From an uncultured Spirochaetota bacterium (lineage in GTDB: Bacteria > Spirochaetota > Brevinematia > Brevinematales > JAOACQ01): a stretch of 64,000 nucleotides of DNA. The stretch is from positions 224,001 through 288,000 of the forward strand of contig CAWIGG010000005.1 of assembly GCA_963835575.1 (NCBI GenBank). The letters run 5' to 3'. Positions 49,406 through 58,843 of the stretch are shown here, piece by piece; position 1 is the first letter of the stretch; the number at the start of each line of letters is the position of its first letter. Below the pieces are notes generated by a model that did no database searches, was not told the origin of the DNA, and saw nothing but the letters and a program-made list of their open reading frames with translations. The position numbers and the translations under genes are program-made.

Positions 49406-49960
49406 TTGAAAATGAATATTTATAAATTTCTCATTCTGATAATAATTGGAAGCCTCGCTTCAATAAATTCGATTTGGGCCGGCTCCAGTAAAGGATTACC
49501 GCTTTTAGACATCAGGATATTATCAAGTCAAAATCTGAATGGAACAGCGGGCGATTACGTTACCGTATCGGCGGAAATAATGAATGTTTCCCGGAAAACA
49601 ATTACCAATATTACAACTTATCTGTCGCTGGCAGATGAAGGAACAAAGCTTCCAGTCGATCTGGAAGACTGGAGCGCCGAGAAAGGACTTTTTGTCGGCG
49701 TGATAGACGGCGGACAGAATTTGCCCCTTGACTGGAAAATTCATTTTGTAAAAGCGGGAAAATATTCACTGATAATTATCGCCGAAATCAACGGCGTACC
49801 CTATCCTTTAACAAGCAGTATTACGCATTTTGCCGTCAGTCCCAAGCATAATCTCAATCCGGGACAGGTCCTGCCGGTTGCCCTTGGAATGCCTTTATTT
49901 CTTCTTATTATTATGATATTCGCCGCTCAAATAAGAAAATCCAGACTGATGAAACAGTAA
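49406..49960 (+). CDS. Exported beta-rich protein with C-terminal membrane anchor
   Basis: Signal peptide, PVDLEDWS, C-terminal hydrophobic helix plus basic tail. Confidence 0.65.
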   Translation: MKMNIYKFLILIIIGSLASINSIWAGSSKGLPLLDIRILSSQNLNGTAGDYVTVSAEIMNVSRKTITNITTYLSLADEGTKLPVDLEDWSAEKGLFVGVIDGGQNLPLDWKIHFVKAGKYSLIIIAEINGVPYPLTSSITHFAVSPKHNLNPGQVLPVALGMPLFLLIIMIFAAQIRKSRLMKQ

Positions 49961-50030
49961 TAAAAGACGCCGACGGTATCCGTGCCGCCTGACAATAGAT
50001 TTATCTGTATTAAATTTAGGAGGAAGACAA

Positions 50031-51236
50031 ATGGAAATGAGCAAACAAAGTTCGCAAATGCTGAGCAAGGTCCCGGAAATTACAATTTTTTTCTGGATTA
50101 TCAAAGTTTTATGCACAACTGTAGGAGAGACAGCATCAGATTTCCTGAACATCAGTCTTGGTCTCGGCTTGACCGGCACCTCTATTGTTATGGGAGTCAT
50201 TCTACTTATAGTTATCTTCTTTCAGTTCAAATCGAAAAAATATATACCCGGTCTCTATTGGCTGACAGTAGTTTTGATTAGTATATTTGGAACTCTTATT
50301 ACAGATAATCTGACAGATAAAATGGGTGTCTCTCTTGAAATCAGTACTGCGGTTTTCAGTATCGCTCTGGCGCTGACTTTTATCATATGGTACGCTTTTG
50401 ATAAAACACTATCCATTCATTCAATTTTTACCAGGCGGAGGGAATTATTTTATTGGCTTGCAATTCTTTTCACCTTCGCGCTGGGAACAGCTTCGGGAGA
50501 CTTAATGGCGGAGAAACTGGGCTTCGGTTACCTGGTAACAGGAATCATAGTATTCGCGGTTATTGCTTCTGTGACAGTCGCCTGGCGATTTAAGCTGGAT
50601 CCTGTTCTGGCATTCTGGATTGCATATATTATGACGCGTCCTCTTGGCGCATCACTTGGGGATTTTCTGTCGCAGCAGGTAACAAACGGCGGACTGGGGC
50701 TGGGAGCAACCATCACGAGCGGCATTTTCCTCCTAGCGATCCTATTGACAGTCTTGTTCCTTTCAATAACCCGACGGGACATGATTACAAAACCATTGAC
50801 GGTATCAGATACAGGAGTGAAAAGGTATGCCACCATGTGGCAAGTTGTGGTAGTCCTGGCAGTAATACTGATAGGGGCCGGATCAGGCTACAACTTGAGG
50901 CATTCCTGGCTTCAGAAGAAAATATCTGCGGCCGCTTCCACAGTATCGCCACTGGGAGATCTATCCGGCTTCAGGATAATAGCGGAAGATACTCTGGGCT
51001 TAGTAAAAAAAAACCGCCTAGATGATGCCAAGAACCGAATTAAAGATCTTGAGACCGCATGGGACAACGCCCAGGCGCAGCTCAGGCCAATGAACCCGGC
51101 AAAATGGACCGAGCTGGACAAATCCATCGATCGTGTTCTCCGGCAATTGCGCGCTTTACGCCAGGATGGTGCAGCGTGCCAGGAGACACTGGAATCATTG
51201 ATTACGGAAATCGATACCCTCGATAACCCGAAGTAG
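50031..51236 (+). CDS. DUF347 (COG4705) membrane protein with C-terminal helical domain
   Basis: KVPEIT..FWIIK...TTVGET..D, FALGTA.GD, AFW.AYI.TRPLGA. Confidence 0.88.
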   Translation: MEMSKQSSQMLSKVPEITIFFWIIKVLCTTVGETASDFLNISLGLGLTGTSIVMGVILLIVIFFQFKSKKYIPGLYWLTVVLISIFGTLITDNLTDKMGVSLEISTAVFSIALALTFIIWYAFDKTLSIHSIFTRRRELFYWLAILFTFALGTASGDLMAEKLGFGYLVTGIIVFAVIASVTVAWRFKLDPVLAFWIAYIMTRPLGASLGDFLSQQVTNGGLGLGATITSGIFLLAILLTVLFLSITRRDMITKPLTVSDTGVKRYATMWQVVVVLAVILIGAGSGYNLRHSWLQKKISAAASTVSPLGDLSGFRIIAEDTLGLVKKNRLDDAKNRIKDLETAWDNAQAQLRPMNPAKWTELDKSIDRVLRQLRALRQDGAACQETLESLITEIDTLDNPK

Positions 51237-51321
51237 AATGGATTATTCGTCAAAGATAGGGGCACGCAATAAGTGGGTCGGCTTATGAAACGGATATTTT
51301 AAAGTAAATAGTTAATATGCT

Positions 51322-51492
51322 ATGACATGGCTAAAATTTATGATTACTCCGGTAATCGGGGGAATAATCGGGTTTATCTATTATAAGACGGTCGGGTGCG
51401 CTTCAGGACATTGTCCGATCACATCAAACCCGTGGATCAGTTCTATTTACGGCGCTGTAATGGGACTTCTTTTTTCATTTAGCTGGAAATAA
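51322..51492 (+). CDS. DUF6132-like small membrane protein (not in ORF track)
   Basis: GGIIGFIYYKTVGCASGHCPITSNPWISSIYG, 56 aa. Confidence 0.8.
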   Translation: MTWLKFMITPVIGGIIGFIYYKTVGCASGHCPITSNPWISSIYGAVMGLLFSFSWK

Positions 51493-51540
51493 GTTGAAAG
51501 ATTGATTAACTTTGGTTATTGGAATATTTGAGAGGATAAC

Positions 51541-51699
51541 ATGAATTTTAGAAAAGTTATTTATGGATTGCTGGCATTAGCGGGAATAGGTATTTTTCTA
51601 TCCACTTTTATGCAGGAACCGGGGTCCCGGGAAGTTTATAGCATGAAAGGAAACTTGATCTCATGGGAAAGGGATAACAATCCTTTGGTCAGGCCCTGA
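51541..51699 (+). CDS. Small hypothetical membrane peptide (not in ORF track)
   Basis: 52 aa, GAGAGGA RBS, N-terminal hydrophobic helix, stop abuts next ATG. Confidence 0.45.
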   Translation: MNFRKVIYGLLALAGIGIFLSTFMQEPGSREVYSMKGNLISWERDNNPLVRP

Positions 51700-51700
51700 T

Positions 51701-52288
51701 ATGCGGTTCATCGATCCGCCTAAAAAAACGCCATTCTGGGTCAGACTATTGATTCGGATCGGCGACGTTGCTGCCGGCAGGAAGTTGACCCCGCCCAGGA
51801 TACTGGCCCATTATCCGAAGGCATTGGTCAGTTCCGGCATTTTTGAAGGCCTGATTACCCACAAAGACAGGCAAATCAGCCATAGGCTCCTTCAACTGAT
51901 CCGAATGCAAGTTTCGTTTACCGTGTCCTGCCCATTCTGTATCGATATGAATTCAAAAGAATTCCAGCGGAGCAGCATTTCCGATGAAGAGATTGAGGCC
52001 CTGCAGGGAGAGCACCGGCTGGATGAAATAAAATCTTTTAGTGAACGTGAGAAAACGGCGCTGGAATATACCCGCGCCATCTGCAGGACGCCAATATTGA
52101 TTGAACCCGAACTGGTGAAAAAAGTAAAGGAAGCTTTCACTGAACGGGAAATGGTCATTATCGCCTCAACGGCAGCGCAAGTCAATTATTGGACGAGACT
52201 GATCCAGGCTTTTGGAATATTACCGGACGGTTTTAATGAAAATTGCCCAATACTCAAACTGGATCAATATTCAAAAAAGAAACAATGA
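51701..52288 (+). CDS. AhpD/carboxymuconolactone decarboxylase family protein
   Basis: R..VS....CPFCID, FSERE..AL.Y, F.E.E.V, N.W.R. Confidence 0.85.
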   Translation: MRFIDPPKKTPFWVRLLIRIGDVAAGRKLTPPRILAHYPKALVSSGIFEGLITHKDRQISHRLLQLIRMQVSFTVSCPFCIDMNSKEFQRSSISDEEIEALQGEHRLDEIKSFSEREKTALEYTRAICRTPILIEPELVKKVKEAFTEREMVIIASTAAQVNYWTRLIQAFGILPDGFNENCPILKLDQYSKKKQ

Positions 52289-52353
52289 ATTATTATGTTT
52301 GAGAAAATAAGAAAGGTGCTCCCTTAACAAACAAAAGAAGCACATTTAAAGGA

Positions 52354-52557
52354 TTAAGCTTTCTTTTTTGTTGAAATACCGAAAGGCATGTAAAGCGGGC
52401 AGATGCCGATAACACCGGTCAGTATGAACACTACAGCGATGACCCCGAGAATGATTGCGGCTACACCACTGATCAGATGGGTGAAATAGAGCACAGCAAC
52501 TGCTATCGCCAGTAATACACGTATAATCCGGTCAATGACCCCCATGTTCTGTTTCAT
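52354..52557 (-). CDS. DUF2892 (YgaP-like) membrane protein
   Basis: NMG.IDRIIR, TG..G.CPLY..FGIST. Confidence 0.9.
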   Translation of the reverse strand: MKQNMGVIDRIIRVLLAIAVAVLYFTHLISGVAAIILGVIAVVFILTGVIGICPLYMPFGISTKKKA

Positions 52558-52714
52558 AAATTCCTCCTTTTTCACTATTCAATCTAATTATCATAATAAT
52601 ACAATATATTGCAAACGGCAAGTATTTTTGAATATATATTTTCTGATAAATGAAATAATCATTTTGAGTTCAGGCTGGAATTGATTTTTCCCCTGGTTTC
52701 GGCCAGTTTCGCAT

Positions 52715-52847
52715 TCAGGGGCAGCGCGTTTGCCGCCAGAAAAGTAACGGTAGATTTACCGACCCCGCCTTTCCCGCTCATGACCCCGAAAATGCTTTTG
52801 ATATGACTGTTATTTCCATGAACTTATTTCTCCTTTAAATGGCATAT
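52715..52847 (-). pseudogene. Diverged duplicate of the mrp 5' end and RBS
   Basis: Direct repeat of ~43437-43571 encoding IFGVMSGKGGVGKSTVTFLAANAL. Confidence 0.85.
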
Positions 52848-53019
52848 TAGACCCGCCTGACACTCATATTTCAGGCAGGACATTTGTTGACTAATTATCA
52901 AAAAGTTACTAACTTAAGCTAAGATTTGAATTGAGAGAGGTTAGGATATAGATATATCATAAAAAATAACATGAATAGTAGTAAATTGAGTGTTTTAAAA
53001 GCGAAGAGGAATTTTAGCT

Positions 53020-55440
53020 ATGGATTTAAAAGTTAAAAGAACTTCAGATTATGAAAAAATATCTTTGAAAGAAACCTTTGAATTTTTAGAAACAACATCT
53101 GACGGCCTATCCGGAGTACAGGCTGAAAACCGCCTTGCACTATTTGGAAAGAATGAAATAACAGAAAAAAAGACTAATTATTTATTGGAATTTTTACTGC
53201 GATACTGGGGGCCGATGCCCTGGTTGATGGAACTTGCCATGGCGCTTTCGTTTGTATTGAAGCATTATACTGAAGGAATAATTATTTTTTCGCTGCTTAC
53301 GATTAACGCCATTATCGGGCAAATGAATTCCAGAGGTTCGCGTAAAGCAATCGAACTGCTGAAACAGAAGCTGGCTGTTAATTCAAAAGTATTACGTAAT
53401 GGGAAGTGGGTAATTGGACTTGCAAAAGAAATAGTACCGGGTGATATTGTTGTGGTTAAGCTTGGTGATATAGTACCTGCTGATGCAAAAATCATTAACG
53501 GGGAATTATCGGTAGATAAATCCGCTTTAACAGGAGAATCGCTGTCTGTTAATCTTAAAGAACTGGATGTTATTTATTCAGGGTCCATAGTAAAACGCGG
53601 GGAAACCAAGTGCGTTGTCATCAATACGGGCGCAAATACTTTCTTCGGCAAAACCGCTGAATTAGTCAAGCATGCCGAGCCTGTGTCGCATCAGAAAAAA
53701 GTTATGCTGGATGTGGTTAAATATATGCTGTATTTGAGTCTTATCGCGGTGATCGCTGTTTCAATATACGCTTTGTTTATCCATGTTACTTTTTTGTCCA
53801 TACTGACTCTTGTTGTGATTTTTTTAATGGGCGCTGTTCCGGTTGCTCTTCCGGCTGTTCTTACCATAGTTCAATCTGTCGGCGCAATGGAGTTGGCAAA
53901 AAAAGGAGTGCTGGTAACCCGACTGGATTCAATTGAGGATTCGGCTTCTGTAGATGTGCTTTGTTTTGATAAGACCGGAACCATAACGCAAAATAAGTTG
54001 TCGGTAATAGACAGCGCGGTGTTTTCCGGTTATAAACAGGAAGATGTCGCTGTCTTGGCGGCTCTGGCATCACAGGAGCAGGGAATGGACTTGATAGACC
54101 TCGCGGTTATTAAATATGCCAAAAGTATTAAAGCGGATTTGACAGGATATAAACAGATTGAATATATACCGTTTAATCCGTCAAAAAAAAGCACACAGGC
54201 CGTTATTGAAAATGACGGTAAGCGTTTTAATGTTATTAAAGGCGCGGCCCAAATAATAATGGCCATGTGCCCTGAAATAGTCAAAGAAAGCGCTGATAAT
54301 ATTATTAAAGCTATAGAGGAATTTTCTCAAAAAGGGTACAGGACAATTGCGGTTGCAAGGTCGCATGACGGCGATATGAACAAACTTGAATTTGCCGGAC
54401 TGATGGCATTAGCGGACCCTCCGCGGCCGGATTCGAAAAGCATGATAGAGGAGGCAAGAAAGCTCGGAATAAAACCAATGATGCTTACCGGGGACAGCCT
54501 TTCCATTGCTAAAGAAATAGCCCTGCAAACGGGTATTGGCGGTAATATAATCCGGTTTTCAGATATTAAGGATTTAAGCGGAGATGAGCGGACCAAGGTT
54601 ATAAGTGAAATTGACGGGTTTGCGGAAATATATCCTGAAGATAAATACCGGATAGTAAAATTACTGCAGTCAACAGAACATATGGTTGGTATGACCGGCG
54701 ATGGGGTGAATGATGCTCCTGCGCTTAAACAGGCGGAAATGGGAATAGCCGTAAGCAACGCTGCTGATGTGGCTAAAACTTCGGCAAGTGTGGTCTTAAC
54801 CGGTTCAGGGATAGGATTGGTAATTGAAGCGGTTAAAACAAGCAGACGGATTTATCAACGGATGCTGACATGGGTTTTAAATAAGGTCACGAAAGTAATA
54901 GAAATTGCGGTGTTATTAACGATTGGTTTTTTTTGGCTGCATGATATGGTGCTCTCGCTTTTGGGCATATCATTGCTTGTATTTGCAAATGATTTTGTCA
55001 CCATGTCGCTGGCAAGCGATAATGTGAAATCTACGATGAACCCCAATAAATGGAACGTAAAAAATATCACTTTAGCATCCTTACTTCCGGGTTTGCTGTT
55101 AGTTGCCGAAGATTTGATTGTGATAATAGTATGCAGAAATTATTTTCATCTGGATTGGGAAAAAATGCGCGTTTTGATTATGTTAAATCTTGTATTTAAC
55201 AGCCAGTTCAGGGTGTTGATTATAAGGGAAAGAAGGCACTTCTGGTCTTCGATGCCCGGTAAAGGATTGATTGTTTCCAGCCTTGCGGCAATAACAGTGT
55301 TTTTAATGATATGCTTATATGGTTTTATTGTCCCGGTAATTGCTTTAAGTCAAATTCTCGTTGTTTTGGGATTCTCGGTATTGTTTGTCTTTTTTGTTGA
55401 TTTCCCTAAATACTATTTATATAAGAAATTTGGGTTATAA
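53020..55440 (+). CDS. P-type H+-ATPase (type IIIA, PMA-like)
   Basis: YWGPMPW, LTGES, VPVALPAV, DKTGT, DPPR, MTGDGVNDAPALK, ANDF. Confidence 0.9.
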   Translation: MDLKVKRTSDYEKISLKETFEFLETTSDGLSGVQAENRLALFGKNEITEKKTNYLLEFLLRYWGPMPWLMELAMALSFVLKHYTEGIIIFSLLTINAIIGQMNSRGSRKAIELLKQKLAVNSKVLRNGKWVIGLAKEIVPGDIVVVKLGDIVPADAKIINGELSVDKSALTGESLSVNLKELDVIYSGSIVKRGETKCVVINTGANTFFGKTAELVKHAEPVSHQKKVMLDVVKYMLYLSLIAVIAVSIYALFIHVTFLSILTLVVIFLMGAVPVALPAVLTIVQSVGAMELAKKGVLVTRLDSIEDSASVDVLCFDKTGTITQNKLSVIDSAVFSGYKQEDVAVLAALASQEQGMDLIDLAVIKYAKSIKADLTGYKQIEYIPFNPSKKSTQAVIENDGKRFNVIKGAAQIIMAMCPEIVKESADNIIKAIEEFSQKGYRTIAVARSHDGDMNKLEFAGLMALADPPRPDSKSMIEEARKLGIKPMMLTGDSLSIAKEIALQTGIGGNIIRFSDIKDLSGDERTKVISEIDGFAEIYPEDKYRIVKLLQSTEHMVGMTGDGVNDAPALKQAEMGIAVSNAADVAKTSASVVLTGSGIGLVIEAVKTSRRIYQRMLTWVLNKVTKVIEIAVLLTIGFFWLHDMVLSLLGISLLVFANDFVTMSLASDNVKSTMNPNKWNVKNITLASLLPGLLLVAEDLIVIIVCRNYFHLDWEKMRVLIMLNLVFNSQFRVLIIRERRHFWSSMPGKGLIVSSLAAITVFLMICLYGFIVPVIALSQILVVLGFSVLFVFFVDFPKYYLYKKFGL

Positions 55441-55482
55441 TGGAGCGACGGTCTCTTTGATAAAAATTAAAAACATTCCGGT

Positions 55483-56322
55483 TTAAATTTCCATATACCT
55501 GACATCGTTTTTAGAGCTTTTTTTTATTTTAAACATCAGCCTGTCGACGGTATGGATGATATCTTCCGGTTTTTTGTCCCATTTCCTGAATATACCGACA
55601 CCCATACTGATGGAGCTTTTCCATTTATTCTTTTCCATTAATCTGCCGGACATTTTTTTTATTTTGTCGAAAACCTTTCGCGCTTTGGTGAGGTTTGTGT
55701 CGGGCAGCAATATGATGAATTCATCCCCGCCCAATCTCGCGAGTATATCGGATTTGCGTAAATGCTTTTGTATAAGCGCGGTCAGGTTCTTCAGCAGCCT
55801 GTCGCCCGAGGCATGCCCTAAATCGTCGTTAACTTTTTTAAAATCATCTATATCCAGGTAAGCGATTGCCAGAGACCGGCCGTACCTCTTCATATTATAT
55901 AATTCGAGCTCAAGGAACTCGAAAAACCCCTGCCGGTTGTAAACGCCGGTCAAATAATCGCATCTGGCCGCTTTCTTTTCTCTCTCAAGGCTTATTTTCA
56001 ATCTGGACAAAATATAAACGACAAATATATATATGGCCAGTTTTGTAATGAAATCAAATGCGAATAGAATATAGTTCCCGGGCACAAAGCGATAGCTTTG
56101 AAGAATTGCCCATTCAACGGTGCATGCAACAGATAGTATGATCCCGGGCCACATACCGGAAAACCAGCAGACCAGCACGATCGGAAGCAGATAGACTAAA
56201 TTAAAAGTTAAGGCAGAGCCTAAAATTTTATAATCAATGTAGAATATTAAGAGAGACATAATAAATCCTGATAAAAAAATAATTATTTTAAAGGAATGAC
56301 GGCTGTTTTTTAAAACCGGCAA
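55483..56322 (-). CDS. Membrane-bound diguanylate cyclase (GGDEF)
   Basis: N-terminal TMs; D.LTG.YNR, DIDDFK.VND..GH..GD, RKSD..ARLGGDEF. Confidence 0.92.
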   Translation of the reverse strand: MPVLKNSRHSFKIIIFLSGFIMSLLIFYIDYKILGSALTFNLVYLLPIVLVCWFSGMWPGIILSVACTVEWAILQSYRFVPGNYILFAFDFITKLAIYIFVVYILSRLKISLEREKKAARCDYLTGVYNRQGFFEFLELELYNMKRYGRSLAIAYLDIDDFKKVNDDLGHASGDRLLKNLTALIQKHLRKSDILARLGGDEFIILLPDTNLTKARKVFDKIKKMSGRLMEKNKWKSSISMGVGIFRKWDKKPEDIIHTVDRLMFKIKKSSKNDVRYMEI

Positions 56323-56523
56323 AAATCGCCTCCTTAAATATTTGATTCTTTACTAAACAGTAAAATTATTTAACAATTAACCGATTGAAAAAAGTATAAT
56401 GTATAACCGGACGACCGTCAATAGGTATAAGAAAAGTTGAATTCAATATGTTAAGGCTATAAAGTGGTCAGCTCATGAAACGGAAAAAATCGTACTCTAA
56501 GGATCAGAACCCTATAGATCTAA

Positions 56524-56856
56524 TTATTTTTCCAGATTATCACGGTGGATAGTAAGCACTTTATTCATTTCCTGATCAAATTGGTCCTTATCATGTATAT
56601 AAAGTTTCATTTGTTCCATCAAAGTTCTGATAATCTCATTTTGCGACAGAAAATATTCCACCCATTTACCATCTTTTTTGTAATTCACTATTCCCGCTTG
56701 CCTTAACTGTTTTAAGTGGCTTGAAACGGTTGCTTGTGTCAGTTTTAGAAAAGAGGCCAATTCACACACGCAAGCTGGTTTCTTTTCCAAAGCATAAATT
56801 ATTTTCAGCCGGCTTTCATCTGCCAGAACTTTAAGTAAATCAACTAATTCACGCAT
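56524..56856 (-). CDS. ArsR/SmtB-family repressor
   Basis: KVLADESRLKI, CVCEL, VSSHL..LR.AG.V...K.GKWV.Y. Confidence 0.92.
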   Translation of the reverse strand: MRELVDLLKVLADESRLKIIYALEKKPACVCELASFLKLTQATVSSHLKQLRQAGIVNYKKDGKWVEYFLSQNEIIRTLMEQMKLYIHDKDQFDQEMNKVLTIHRDNLEK

Positions 56857-56896
56857 TTTCTTCAACCTCTCAAAATGATAGTATAATGCAAAACAC

Positions 56897-56940
56897 TTGA
56901 CAAAGCAAATATTTAATTATACACTTAGATATATGTCTAA
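56897..56940 (+). promoter_or_regulatory. Sigma70 promoter with probable ArsR operator
   Basis: TTGACA (56897), N17, TACACT (56920); palindrome TTAGATATATGTCTAA at 56925-56940; divergent ArsR gene. Confidence 0.7.
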
Positions 56941-56977
56941 ATGACGAAATATTCAAAATCAAAGTGAGGATTTAAAT

Positions 56978-57928
56978 ATGTGGAAAGCGTTTGTAGACTG
57001 GATAGTCTATGGAATTATCGGATTATCACCGGAATCGCACATCGGATCCGCGCTAAATTTCTTCATTTACGATACAGTAAAGATAATCTTTCTGCTGGCG
57101 ATAATTATTTTTATAATCGCAATTATCCGGAGTTTTTTCCCGCCGGAAAGGACAAAACAAATACTGGAAAAAGTGCCGGAGTTTGTTGGCAACATTCTGG
57201 CAGCTCTGTTGGGGATTGTAACTCCTTTTTGTTCATGCTCTGCTGTGCCTTTGTTTATCGGTTTTATAGAAGCCGGAATCCCTTTGGGTGTAACATTTTC
57301 GTTTCTTGTCTCTTCGCCGATGGTCAATGAAGTCGCCCTGATTATGCTCTGGGGGCTTTTCGGGTGGAAGGTCGCCGTTATTTATATCATAAGCGGTATT
57401 GTTATTGCAATTGTCAGCGGATTGGCGATTGGAAGAATGAAACTGGAAAAACAGGTTGAGGACTATGTTTATAAGATCAAATCCGGGAACGCGGTAATTG
57501 AAAAACAGACCTGGAAAGACCGGTTTCTTTATGGAAGGGATTATGTCGGTGAAATCATCGGCAAAGTCTGGCCTTATGTGCTGGTTGGTATAGCTATCGG
57601 CGGGTTTATGCATGGTTATGCTCCGGCTGATTTCCTGTCAAAAGTAGCGGGTCCCGGTAACTGGTTTGCTGTCCCGATTGCTGTTTTAGTCGGTGTTCCC
57701 CTTTATTCTAATGCCGCCGGAGTTATTCCGATTGTGAAAGTCCTTATGGACAAAGGAATGGCAATAGGAACTGCTCTGTCGTTTATGATGGCGGTTACAG
57801 CTTTGTCTTTACCGGAAGCCATTATTTTAAGAAAAGTTTTAAAACCGCGCCTGCTCATTATTTACTTTAGTGTGGTGGCTGTCGGGATTATGCTGACAGG
57901 GTATTTGTTTAACTGGATTTTAAAATAA
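56978..57928 (+). CDS. ArsP-like (DUF318) permease
   Basis: TPFCSCS.VP, SPMVNE, GVPLYSNAAG..P, ALSLPE. Confidence 0.9.
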   Translation: MWKAFVDWIVYGIIGLSPESHIGSALNFFIYDTVKIIFLLAIIIFIIAIIRSFFPPERTKQILEKVPEFVGNILAALLGIVTPFCSCSAVPLFIGFIEAGIPLGVTFSFLVSSPMVNEVALIMLWGLFGWKVAVIYIISGIVIAIVSGLAIGRMKLEKQVEDYVYKIKSGNAVIEKQTWKDRFLYGRDYVGEIIGKVWPYVLVGIAIGGFMHGYAPADFLSKVAGPGNWFAVPIAVLVGVPLYSNAAGVIPIVKVLMDKGMAIGTALSFMMAVTALSLPEAIILRKVLKPRLLIIYFSVVAVGIMLTGYLFNWILK

Positions 57929-57945
57929 AAAATAGGAGGAAATTT

Positions 57946-58725
57946 ATGTTGATGTATCTGGTTTATCTTGTTGTCGGTCTGGTTGCCGGTGTAGTTGGCG
58001 GTCTTCTGGGAACAGGGGGATGCGCCATTATGATGCCGGTAATCCGTTTCGGTTTTCATTTTGATCCTTCGTTCGCGGTTGGGACGACCCTAATGGCCGT
58101 TGTTTTTACTGCCGGTTCCGGGGCGGTGCAGCATATCAGACTGAAAAACGTGGATAAAAACACCGCCCTTCTCACTGCTTACAGCGGTGTATTGGGTGTT
58201 ATTATCGGATCAATTGTTTTTGAATTTATCAAGGGTTACGGGAAAATAATTGATTTGATCATCGGGATCGCTTTTATCGTTGTAGCAGTCAGGATGCTTT
58301 ACGAAGGTATTTTTTCAAAAGGAATGCAGACAGCCCCGCAATCGGAAATACCCGGAAAACCTCTTTCAAAAAATATACTGGGTTCAGTAATCGGGTTTTT
58401 AACCGGTATAATCGGTTTGGGCGGGGGCTATGCGCTGGTTCCTTCCTTTATATATTTTCTAAAAACCCCCGTTAAGCTGGCGATTGGTACATCCATGGCG
58501 ACTTTTGTATGGATTGCTTTAGTAGGAGCTTTTTTTAAGTTCTTTCAAGGGGTCGTAAACGTGCCTGTTGGTATTACACTAGGCATAGGGGCTTTGATAG
58601 GTGCAATATTCGGCGCGAAACTTGTGACAAAGTTTAAGCCGAATATTTTAAAGGCGCTTTTCGGCATCCTGTTTCTCTACGTGTCTTTGAAATATATCCT
58701 TATATTTTTTGGAATCAGCATTTAG
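57946..58725 (+). CDS. TauE/SafE-family permease
   Basis: GGLLGTGG, AVGT.L, G..GLGGG..LVP, AIGTS. Confidence 0.88.
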   Translation: MLMYLVYLVVGLVAGVVGGLLGTGGCAIMMPVIRFGFHFDPSFAVGTTLMAVVFTAGSGAVQHIRLKNVDKNTALLTAYSGVLGVIIGSIVFEFIKGYGKIIDLIIGIAFIVVAVRMLYEGIFSKGMQTAPQSEIPGKPLSKNILGSVIGFLTGIIGLGGGYALVPSFIYFLKTPVKLAIGTSMATFVWIALVGAFFKFFQGVVNVPVGITLGIGALIGAIFGAKLVTKFKPNILKALFGILFLYVSLKYILIFFGISI

Positions 58726-58738
58726 CAGAAAGAAGCTT

Positions 58739-58828
58739 TTAAAGCCTCGACTTCTCATTATTTATTTCAGTGTGGTAGCGGTTGGAATAATGCTGACAGG
58801 GTATTTGTTTAACTGGATATTGAAATAA
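58739..58828 (+). pseudogene. Orphan 3' tail of a second ArsP-like permease allele
   Basis: Same 29 aa as 57839-57928 with 13 synonymous codon differences. Confidence 0.9.
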
Positions 58829-58843
58829 TACAGAGGAACATCT

